Source: the human T2T-CHM13v2.0 reference genome, Homo sapiens
Reading direction: 5' to 3' (one strand)
Length of the DNA: 64,000 nucleotides
Assembly: GCF_009914755.1 (NCBI RefSeq)
Contig: NC_060942.1
The position numbers were made by a program, and so were the translations under genes. The notes beneath the pieces were generated by a model. It ran no database searches and was not told the origin of the DNA. It was given only the letters and a program-made list of their open reading frames with translations. Positions 28,227 through 39,887 of the stretch are shown here, in pieces (position 1 is the stretch's first letter; every line of letters starts with the position of its first letter).

Positions 28227-29055
28227 TGTGGTGTTATGGTGTTTTGGTATATATTGGTTTGCGTCCAGGGTTCCTGGTTCATAACTCCCATAGTAATGCC
28301 TGTTTCAGTCTTTTGTTACAATGTTGGATGTATTGGGCCTCAGGGGCAGGCCTCAGGAAACGGAATCCCCTTCTGTCCTCCATCTGCCCCAAAGCAGGAC
28401 TCTAATCATTCCTGCCTTTCTGATTATGGGTTTTAAGACCCTCCCCAGAGAGGTTCCTGCCCAATACCTGAGGGAGGCAATGCTAACATTGTGAAGCTTC
28501 CATAAAAAACCCAAAAGGACAGGGTTTGAGGAGCTCAGGACAGCTGAACACATGGAAGTTCCTGGAGGACAGCACACCGAGGGAGGGCATTGAAGCTCCA
28601 TGCCCCTTCCCCTATACTTTGCCCTACGTGTCTCTTCATTTGTATCCTTTTGAAATATTCTTTTCAATAAACTGGTAAACATAAGTAAGTGTCTCCCTGA
28701 GTTCTCTGAGCAACCCCAGCAAATTAATCCAACCTAAAAGGTGTTAGTGAGAACCCCAACGTGAAGCCAGTTGGTCACAAGTTCCAGAGGCTCGGACTTA
28801 CAACTAGTGTCTGGCATGAAGGGGGGAATATTGCAGGCTGAGACTCCAACCTGTAGGATCTGACGGTATCTCCAAGTAGATAGTGTCCCCCCTGACTTAG
28901 AGGAGACCCAGTTCACTACTTGGTGTGTCAGAAAAAAATAAAACAAATCAAAACACGTATTTGGCCACAGAAGTCTTCCATGTTAATGATTGCTGTTGTG
29001 GTAGCATCAAAGTAGAGAAAAAATTCAGTTAAAGGGGAGAGATTTTTCCATTACA
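28227..29055 (+). mobile_element. MER21-family solo LTR
   Basis: ggttcctggttcataactccc; gaagctccatgccccttccc; aataaactggtaaacataag; gtaggatctgacggtatctcc; TG...CA ends. Confidence 0.85.
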
Positions 29056-30669
29056 GATAGGAAGTTTTGTAATAGAATGAATAGATACTACAGAAGAGAA
29101 TCTGGAAGAATTGGAGACTGATCGAATAGATGAGGTATGGAAGATAGTTATTTTTTTCTGGGTGGATGGGATGGTGACCTTTGCTAAGGGAACATAGGAA
29201 TAGTAACAGGTTGAACAAGACAAAAAATTTCCATCCAGGAGAGGTTCACTTTTAGGTGCCTGTGGGCTTATAATGAAAGACATTCATAAATTGGACATGT
29301 GTGTCTAGAGATCGGGAGATGATCCCTCAAATCTTTTCATATACTATAACTTAAATGTATTTAAAAAATTAACTATGAAAAACTTTTTTAGTGTTAACTG
29401 CCTACTGGCCATTGGTCTAAATCTAAATAATTAAATGAGTGAATATTAAGTACTTGCTATATGCATTGCTCTTGCTTTGAAGTAGCTCATTAACTCAGGA
29501 GGGATATAAGCCTTGTTGTCTAACTTACAAAATAGGAAATCAAAATGTCAAACAAAATGTTTAACTTTTAACTTTGTAACTTGTTATGGAGACCTCTCAA
29601 TCACCTCTTCCCAGATAAAATTCCTACTTGTTCAAGCTAGAGGTTCTTTTGGACCCTTTTCCACTCCCTATCTCTCTTGTCTTCTTACCTGATTTTTTGA
29701 TTATCACAAGCCTGTACATATCCTGTATGACACAGAGTCAGAGAATATACCCAGGACTCTGCCAAAGTTTTACAAGACGTGCCAGACAATAGCTTGCTGA
29801 ACAACAACACTCCACTCTCATGAATATACTTTAAGCTCTTACTCCTCTTGCTACCATTGTTCATCTATTCAACAGTGGCTAATAAATAACGACAACTTAT
29901 TTTCCTTCTCTCAATGTCAACCTTTAATTATGGAATTAACTTATATTATGTATGTAACTTAAAAAGCTAAATAATGCAATTGATATGTGTGTAAAAGACC
30001 TGCACTTAAATCATTATAAAAATAATGGCTGCTCTGAGAAATTTAATTAGGATTGTGTAAAGAATAAAGAGCTGTTTATAGGAGTGATTTATTAATTGGG
30101 CTTATATGTTTCTATTGTGTTATCCAAGGCAATTTGTAGGATGTAAAATATAATTTGAAAAGAAATGATGAATATTTCCTAACTCTATCTTTTTGAATAC
30201 TTCACGGGCTTTATCATATAACCTCCCATATAAAACTCTAATTCCTATTACATACAGGATCAGTTCCAAACTCCCTAGTTTGAAACTCAGAAAATCTTCC
30301 TAATCTGTTAGCCTGAATTTGAACGAAAAAGTCCAGGGGCTGGTGATTTATCAAACTGCTCCTTTCCACACTGTTGACATTGCCCCAGTCATGTCTCTTA
30401 TCTACTCATCTCTTTCTTCTCTATTTAAACTCATAACATTTAGCTCAGTTTCCCTTTCCTAAGAATTTACCTGATCCTCCCAGTCTTTAATGACATCTAA
30501 TTACCTTAAGCACTAATTATCTGCCTTCTCTCACACTCTAATAATATACATAGGTCTGTGACTTCGAGTAGCCTATCAAAGCAAGTGCAGAGAAAGTGGC
30601 CAGGAGTGAGCAGGAGATAACAGTTCTATCTTGCCCACCAGTAAAGGCACATTGCATATTTTTTTCAAG

Positions 30670-31300
30670 TCTTGGAGGCACTTTTTGATAGATACTATTT
30701 CATGCGGATAATTAAATGGGGCCCAGAGAGGTTTGAAAACTTACCACAACCCTCTCAACTTTTAACAGGAAACACTATTTGAATCCAGTACTGTCTGGCA
30801 TATGTTCTTCATCCTCTTACCTATGGCCACGTTGTAGGGGTATAGGCTTTGAAGTCAGGGTACCAGGATTTAAATTGCAATGCTGCTCCTTGTTAGCTGT
30901 GTGGATTAGTTTAGGTAATGCTGTCTAAACTATTTGTTAAGTAATTTACATACTTACTAGTGGTAGGTTTGTGAGCAAGAACCCTAGGCCCTGATACATA
31001 AGTTATGCTCACTTCATAAATAAGGAAATTGAGGCACAGGGAGTTTAGGAAACTTGTCCAGAGTGGTATAATAAGACATGCAACTGGATTTCAATCCCAG
31101 GCAGTCAGCCCACACTCTGAACTAGTATGCTCATTATTGTGATAGCTTCTATGGAAAGCTATCATAACCCCTTCAAGCAGCAACATATTTCTTATGTATA
31201 AAATGGGTATAGGATTGTTTTGAGGATTAAATGGGATGGTAAGGAAAAACTAAGCGTAATGACTGGCACATAAAGGAACTAGATAAATATTTTTTGTTAT
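30670..31300. mobile_element. Cluster of MIR fragments in alternating orientation (-,+,-,+)
   Basis: MIR core phrases ggcccagagaggtt, ctttgaagtcag, aggaaattgaggcacag, taaaatggg...gaggattaaatg. Confidence 0.7.
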
Positions 31301-34300
31301 CTTCATCATTTTATTATGCTGTCTGGAGAGCTGGGAGGAAGGGACTCAATATTTTTACCCCACTCAAAAATGATTCTGAGCATATTTAAATGTTCTACCT
31401 CGTATTCATTGATTTGATTATTAAAATGTTAGGTGTTTTAAAAGATGGTGAAGAAAATAAAAGGCATTATCAAATATTGACAGATACATGGATTAGTAAA
31501 AAATTATATTTAAATCATAGTAAATGATGGAGCATTGTTTTATGCTTTCATATGCAAAGTAGTTCCTTGTAGAAGAAATTTCCTTTTTAGATCTTATATC
31601 CATTTAACAGCAGAAACCAATAGTATAATCTACTGCAGAATCTGAACACTTGCTTTAATCATACTTGCCTACAATAGAGTCATACAAATGTATTTTGGAC
31701 CCTATCACATCAGTTTCTATCATTACCTCCTTTACTCATAGCTAAATGCTCCCAAGGCAGAGTTCTTGGCAGGATTTGGACACATTGGAACTCTTTGACC
31801 ACTTGCAATTCCCCACTGAGAGGGGAAATCAGCTCTTTGTTGAAAGTTAGCTTTGCTTTGTCCCCATCTCCAAATTTGAGCCAGCTTCTCTGTAAATGTA
31901 TGTCTGTGACTGCAAGGATGTCAACGCTAGATTGTGCAGCTGGGTCAGTATCAATATCCTTTCTGATAAAAATGAAGGACCTGAAGGTAGACAGGATTAT
32001 GATGGTCCCCAGATGAGGACAGAAAGAATTTAAGATGAGGTTAAAAGGTGTCTCTTTGAGGCAATTTATAAATGTGTTACTAATAAGATTAGGAAGAGTT
32101 AGGAATTTCACAAAGAAGACTAATCTTTAACTCCTAATAGCTAAATTGGACTGTGTTGAGTAACATGTTTAAATAAAGAAAGGACATAATAATGAAAGGT
32201 GGTCTATATGGACTCAAGAATATTAATTGAAGCATAATTACACACCAGAGGGTTCATTCAGTAATGACTATGGAGGAGACAAATGATATCTGTAAAATAA
32301 GTAGTTTAATAATTAGAAAGACAGACTTAGGATACGCTGGGTAAAATTTTCCATAGCTCTTTTCAAATCCTTATATGCTGTTTCATGCCCTAAAACCCAT
32401 CTGCTTTCCTAGTCTGTTTTCTTGGTACCTTGATAATAGAAATATTTCCTGAAATAGCAGAAAATAAGGTGATTCGCCAAAAAATAACTCTCATTGTAAA
32501 TTGGCCATTCTGCTCTTTAAATTGTTTAAATTTGATTAGAATGAATTAGTCTCACAGATTCTGTTACTCCCATGACGCATTCATAAAAGTTTGTTTGTGA
32601 ACCTGCAAAACCAAGAAGAAATCCTGACATGCAGAGATGCCCTCATGGTGATATATGTGTTTTTCAATCTGCTGATTGTTTTCACCTACACTTGAATTTT
32701 CAATTATAGCTGTGCATTGGATTCACCTCGGTTACTGTTAAATGCATCAATTCATGGGTAACCCTTCAGGCTTGTGGAAGTAGCTAGGGCCTGATACACT
32801 GTTATTTAAAAAGCTTTTGAGCTGTTCCTGTTGTTACATTTTCTATGCCTTCTGAAAATATGGCCATAGAATAAGGTTAAGGCCCTATTCGTGAGAGAAG
32901 AGCAACCTGATAAATCAGTGATTGCTTCTCAGTTATGTATTTAAATAACAATCTCAAAAAATTGAGAACTAGCCATATTCTTACGAAGAAAAGCTGTGTA
33001 AGCAGCATAATTCTCTCAGCGCTCCCCATGGGGTCTCCTCCAGAGACGTGGCCTCTGGGAGAGCTTGATGGATGTCTGGTGATGAAAACAATGATGAAAT
33101 GGCACTAAGACACTAAGATGGAAATTATGGTTGTGGGTGCGTGACAACTCTGTATCAAAAGCTGAATTAGAGACAGATTAGTTAAGACAACCTCTCAACT
33201 TCAAGTATAATACCCCTAAATCAAAAGAGGGTGCCCATGATATCCTTCAAGTTATCCAGAAAAGAGTCAAAAATGATTAAATAAAATATATTCATCATTA
33301 TCCACAAAAGGGCGGGTTCATACTACATTTTTTGTAGCTCCTTTAGTAACTCCTGAATACAAACACAAAAGGAGTTCTTCACTGTGTTTGAGAAAAGATG
33401 TAATTTAAAATATAACACAAAGATAAAATCCACAGGTGTAACTTTAAATAAATGACATTATTTAGTACCAAGGATGGTACTGGAAGACTGGTTATGAGGT
33501 TTTCGGACATGTTGTTGGTCTAGGAGAAAAGGATGTGGATTCCAAGGAACATAAAACTTCAGAGGTGTACCACAGGTCTAGTAGGCAAGGATGTGAATGC
33601 AGAGAAGTAAGCTAAATGAGCCAGGAAAGACAGGTACCTTGGTGTTGGCAGGCAGAACTTTAAGGTTACGGGTTAGCAATAGCAACCTAAAAATTAGAAT
33701 TTTGTAAAGGTGAATTCCACACCTAAGCCCTCAGTTTTTCTCTGAATTTTATTGGCTTCCATAGTGTGTGTGGATAATCTACATGAGAAGGTTTATGTAC
33801 AGGGTCCAGTCCTGTGTGCAAAAGTAAGAAATAAGTGAGGGCATATAAATAATATCCCTAGACCTGCTCATACTGGACAAGCAACAGTTGTCTCTTATTA
33901 TTGCACATGCAGAAGCCTAACCTTACCAGGAGATTTTTGCACAATACTATATTTAATATTTAATAATACAAGTTAGTATTTACACTTTAAAAAGTCACTG
34001 ACAAAAACAAAGTCCAGGGTATTAAAGAATCACCAGTGCTCTCTGGAAAGCTAAGCCAACACTGTGAAACTCATCAACACTACAGCACACTGAATCAAAA
34101 AAAACGATGAAAGTAATATTCCACCCAAGATTGTGCAGACACTGTCATCAAAACTAATAAACATTTATTGCAAAAGATTATTGGGAAGCTTCCAGGAGCT
34201 GTTTTCTCCTAGGGAAATATGAATTTACAGGAACTATGGTTTCAAGGAAATTCTATCACCCATCATATTTTAGGCTGAGAAATGACCAATAGGGGACAGT

Positions 34301-36094
34301 GTAAGTGGCGGCACTTATGAAACAGGAAGTCAGCACTTGACAGCCATTTTATTACACCTTGAACATATTGAAGAAATAAATCATAAAGGTCGTAAAGAAT
34401 TTGGGCTTTTGAAATCTGGGCTTGGGAGCAAAAGCCAAAGTCTATGGAGACTACAGAGATGTATACTAGGCACTGTACTCCTTTGAGTTGCTCCAGGCAT
34501 TAGTAAGGTCCTGACAGTCAAGCATTTCCTGGGCTTCGCCAGGGAGGAATGAGCAGGACGATAGCTTTTGACTTAACAGAACTGCCATGATCTTTGAATT
34601 GACCTCAGCAAACAAAGCAAACTGCCTGCTTCCTTACTCTTGCCCCTGATACTTCAAATTTCCATAATAAACTTTGATTTAATTATAATCATGGGATTTT
34701 TCTTTTCCCTGGTGTGAGTTCTGGAAAAAATGAAATTCCTTGTTCTTGTTCTGATGATCAAGGGTGCATAAGCAAGTCTAACCATTAGTCGGGCGGGGGG
34801 TGGGGGGAAGTATAAAAATGTAGGTTGCCAGTGGAGACTGTTTGTAGATATAGTATATTGAGTTATATATTTCTTCAGGCAGGAGGACTAGCTAACAGTA
34901 TGAAATGCTTATTCATATTTGTTATATCCAAGTTTTCTTTTTGCATGCCTTCTCTTGTCCTATAATATATTGTTCTAATCAGTAGACCTATTTTCTGCCC
35001 TCTTTGATACCACAATCTTACTTATTGTTTGAGTTAAATCACAGAGGCCTGTAGCCCTTGGCTTTCTCAAAGTGAAGCACTATATATAAAATGAGTTATT
35101 GCAAATAAGACAAGGGCCAGTGCCATAAACCTGTCAACCTCATCTCCAGGATTTTCATTCCAAATAGCACTACATACTTTCTTAATATTACTTCGCTTTG
35201 AAAAAGGACAAGCTTCTATTAAAGTTAGACATCTATGAATCTCATGTTTCAACACATTCCCAATAACACAAACGAACTAGGAATATTAAACATGGATCAT
35301 TCTGAAAAGTTTTTTGGTAAGGATGTAGTGTATGTGCACGCACATGCATGCACATGCATTAAACTGGCATTCCATATTTAGTTACCATGAGAAGCAGATG
35401 GCATTTAGTGTGGGTTTAAGATTAGGGGTATAGCACCTTATAGTTTTCCATATTCCACCCAGGAACATCAAATAATTATGGGGCAGCAGATATTAATATT
35501 TTCTCTAGCAATGGAGCTAATCTTCCAAGTGATGGACACTTTTTTTTTTTTTTTTTATCATCTAAGGCAGAACAAGATGTAGCAAATGGCTTGGGCCAAG
35601 AAATTAAATGAGCTCAGAAGCCAGCCATCCTTGGGAGGATTTTGGTGTGTCTTGCCTGGGCAACACATAATAGAATTTTGGACTTTCTGGATCTGTATGA
35701 GAAGAGGCACCATAGAGTGAACAAACAAAGCAAACTAGAAATGTATCAGGAAGATTTTAATTTTGGCATAGCATCTGGTAAATGTATTATCTCTAAATTA
35801 AAGTGGTAATTACACTAAGATAGAATGAACTGAGTAGTAGTTTAGCAGCCAAGTAATTTGCTGCCATGGTACATGGCTTAGAAGCACAAGCTTGGTTGTA
35901 ACTGTTGATAGTAATGTTGATGTGTCCTTTTTTTATGTATTTCAAATATCAAATAATTCAAATCACTCGAATGTATAGTGATACAAAAATTACCTTTGAA
36001 TCTATGAAAGGATGATCAAGTAAGTGACTAGCATGAGAAGCCCAGGTGTGAATTACTATTCTTAGACATAAAGATTCTACATTATCTGCTACTC

Positions 36095-36220
36095 AAGGAA
36101 TAATCCAGCTTTAGATTCACCCGGGAGCTTGCAAGAAATGCAGACACTAAAGACTCCATCCCAGACCCACTAAATTAGATTCTAATTGGAAGACATTGAA
36201 GTTTGAGATGCACTTCTGTA
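36095..36220. mobile_element. MER5A-like DNA transposon remnant
   Basis: tagattcacccgggagcttgcaagaaatgcaga...cccagacc...aagtttgaga. Confidence 0.65.
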
Positions 36221-36345
36221 CTACACTCAGAAGATTTGATACGTCCTTGTGTGTGTATGTGAGTAGGCAGGACACATACCCAAGAATCACTCATAAACAT
36301 CACACTGTCATTGAAAATTCAAGTCTATAAAAAATAACTGTTTCT

Positions 36346-36644
<299 letters not shown>

Positions 36645-36894
36645 TAGCTTATTTTTCAATACATTAAACCCTTGAGCCTATTACTAATATTGTTCCCTGT
36701 CTCCTGCTCCTCAGGACCCTCTTGCTTCCAATCTTCAACATAGCTGCTCTTCCTACTGGCCCCACACCAAAAACGAGCTTGCACAGGGGCTGTCGGCTTG
36801 AAGAATGTATGGAAATGAAATATGTAAATACATTTCCTCTATATTTTTTTTTTCCAAAGAGGAATGACATGATCATCTTTTTAAGATAGTAGAA

Positions 36895-37110
36895 GTCATT
36901 GTTAGTATTTATTGAGGACATACAATGTGCAAGTCTTTCTTGCAAGCGTTTTATATACATCACCTCGTTTATCCCCAAAATGACACTGTGACATGGGTAT
37001 AATTATTTATCTGTTTTATGGATGTCAACAGTGAGTTTCAGAAACTTTAAATAATTACCTACGGACATAAGGCTATCATAAGGTAGAAGCAGACTTCATT
37101 CAAAACCACA
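36895..37110 (-). mobile_element. MIR
   Basis: tatttattgaggacatacaatgtgc...gttttatggatg. Confidence 0.75.
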
Positions 37111-37859
37111 ATGTTATTCTTGCTTTGGGTAGAGTATTCAAATTACAGGGATTTTACACTGGTCCAAGCTTGAGCGATATCAGGAGTTAATAGCAGTTAT
37201 CATAGACAAGATATACATGAGAAATTGGACTAGTATAGCATAATTAGGTTAGAAACAGGACAGCAAACAGAATGAAGAGTTCACTTATCTCTCCATCTAT
37301 CTAAATTAATTCAATTTTTCATCTTGCATACCAAAGTTCCAGCACTTTTAACTGATGGACACTGATGAAATATCTCCTTTCGAACTTCAGTAAACACTTA
37401 TTTGACTTAAATTACTTTGACCACTTATTAACTTGACTTGTTTTATTGCTCCATGAAATGTGAAATTTCTCCAGTTAAACTGTGACTTTCTTGTGGGGAT
37501 GAGAATCATTCTTACACTTTTTTTTTTATTTTATTTTACAGAAAAGACAGCAGATGTCCTGGCTTTAGCTTTTGTTTAACATGCTTATGGATCAATTAAC
37601 TAGCAGGTTCTGGACAACTCTTGATTTTAAAGGATGTCCTAGAGTGGGTCCAGGATTTAGACATGTGCAACAAGTGGTAAGTAACCCCACCTCAGAGGCT
37701 AAGAAGGCCTCCTTAGAGAAGTTCCAGGAAGTTTATGTCAGGGACAATTAGGCTTAAAGCACAGTCTTTATTCCGTTTGTGAACTGAAGTTCATCCATGA
37801 CAACACAGCATATTAACTAAATAATTAACTTGAAAAGATCTGAGAGGTATTTTATAGAG

Positions 37860-38035
37860 AGCAGTAGAATTTTAGATCTAAAGCAAACTTTAGAGAGGAT
37901 AGCATTCCAACTCCCTGAATCAGAAGTCAGAGTTCATAGAGAATAAGAGAGTTATCCAATGTAGCCAAGCAACACTCAAAATAGAATCAAGGTCTCCTGA
38001 TACCCTGTCCAGTATTACTCTGCCATATGATGCTA
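37860..38035 (-). mobile_element. MIR3/MIRc-like
   Basis: agaattttagatct...ctttagaga...tagaatcaaggtctcctga. Confidence 0.55.
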
Positions 38036-38684
38036 TCTTCACAGCCAAGCACATTTGATGTTATGATTGAGTAATAAAACTTCCTCACTAGAAAGGAGTC
38101 TGAATGCCACTAATCTTGTAATGAAACACTTGATTCCAAGTTCCACAATACAGTCACAATGACACCAGAATAATCCAGCAGATAAAATTGCACTTACAGT
38201 TAAAAGCCCAAATGGTCAGCAATGGGATTGGGAGATGCTGTGAGAGAATTAGCTATGCCTTCACATTATTCCAGAACGTATTGGGTCTGGTGTCCATTAC
38301 CAAGCTGGACACCAGTGATGGGATCCAGCCAATGATGCCAATGATGTTAACTCCATTGAGGAAAGGATTAATTAACATTGAAACTTTCAAAATATGGACA
38401 CATAAAAACAAATTGAAATGCACCCCAGTCATCCAAAGATCATTCAGAAAAAATAAATTAGTAGATGAACTAAAACACAGTGACTACAGATTTTCTCTGG
38501 TGTACATAGGAGAAAACAGATCTTCTGCCTTTTATGCTGACAATCAAAATCGGCCCTTATTTGGCTCTGTTGCATGTAAAATCAGGTATTTTAGATCATT
38601 CCGACATGAGGAAAGCATCGTTATCCCTACAGTTTATAATGAGTACAGTAGAGAGCAGATACCCCGTATTTTTTTGAATCCTTC

Positions 38685-38925
38685 TAATAGCAACTAAATA
38701 ATTGAGCATGGCATACCCATAGCAAGTGTTTTCATGCACTCATTTAATGTATTATAACAATCCCTGTGACCAAGATATTGTAATATCTACATTATATATA
38801 AAGAAACTGAGTCTCATATATACTGTAAGGTAAGTAGTACAGTGTAATATAACTGATAAATGATCAAGACAGAATTTGATTTCAAGTTTGCCAGATTCTA
38901 AAACCAGTCCTCTCAACCATTTTAT
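38685..38925 (-). mobile_element. MIR
   Basis: ctcatttaat...aagaaactgagtctca...ccagtcctctcaacca. Confidence 0.7.
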
Positions 38926-39182
38926 GATGGTTTATTTATTGGCTCTCTAAGACATTTCAAGTTTCTTTATTTTTTCATAACATTGATTTTACAATTATTT
39001 TCACTAGACTAATATATAATAGTAATCCATAAAGTAGTCTACCATTTCTCAGTATTTTCTAAAACTTTTTTGATTCATACATATTAACATATTCACAGAA
39101 AGCTCAGGGCCCTGTTATCCCTTGTAGAAACATAATAAGCAACGGATATCAGACTCTTTTTCAGGGTTGGGTATGCTACAGG

Positions 39183-39887
39183 TGATAGCAAGAGGAGACA
39201 GACAAATTCCTAGGCAGACAGGGACAGGTCCCCTGTGAAACCTGACCTTCAAGCCAAGAACAGTCTAAAGTCTAAAAACTGAACTGCCAGTTCTGGATAG
39301 AGTCCATGACCTGAGGGAGAATTTTCATTTCTGTTTTACCCACTCTTTCTCGATTAGTTCCTTCTGAATGATGCCTTTTAACCAATTGAACGGTGCTTTT
39401 TCCAAGACCGTCCACAGACCAATCAGCAAGTAGTCCCCCATTCTAAGCTCATAAAAACCCCCTACTCAGCCTCACAGAAGGAAACCCACTTTCAGGTTCC
39501 CTCTCCCTGCTGAGAGCTAGCTTTCGGTTGCTCTATAAACTTCTACTCTGCCTTACTCACTCTACAGCATCTGAGTACCTTATTCCTCTTTGTTTCAGAA
39601 CAAGAACCTGGAACTCGCTAAACTGAGGAATGAAAAAGATGTAATGCTCCTGCCCACTGAGCTGCGGGCAGTGGGAGTAAAAGAGCTGTCATTCTCCCTC
39701 CCACTCACCAACCAATAGGAGAGAAGAAGCTGCTGGTGGCCACTCCCTCTAGCCCACCAAAAACAGGAGAGAAGAAGCCATGGGATGCCACTCCCTCCCA
39801 CTTGCTGAGCTACGGGAGTGAAGAAGCGAAGCTCCTGGCACTACTTTCCCTGGCTCACTGAATTAAGGGAGCAAAAAAGCCGCAACA
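39183..39887 (+). mobile_element. ERV1 solo LTR, LTR27-like (LTR1/27/28 group)
   Basis: tgatag...gacagacaaattcctaggcagacagggac; two CCAAT boxes, cataaaaa TATA-like; ends gcaaca; 4-bp TSD cagg/tagg. Confidence 0.85.

Larger units (their letters stand above)
27170..29320 (-). mobile_element. L2 remnant interrupted by AluJ and MER21
   Basis: catttaatcaacaaac; caggcaaaggaaatagcatgtg; resumes after 29055. Confidence 0.65.

Noticed and set aside
25095-29695. Isolated minus-strand CAG|GTAAGA donors (~25101, ~29688)
   Set aside because: No convincing paired acceptor; such motifs are expected by chance in a long intron.
31710-32111. 133-aa ORF as a stand-alone gene
   Set aside because: Non-ATG start, no recognisable homology, length attainable by chance; only the internal exon-like part is kept as a finding.
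39620-39880. Spaced direct repeats superficially like a CRISPR array
   Set aside because: Degenerate LTR-internal repeats in eukaryotic DNA; no cas genes or constant repeat.
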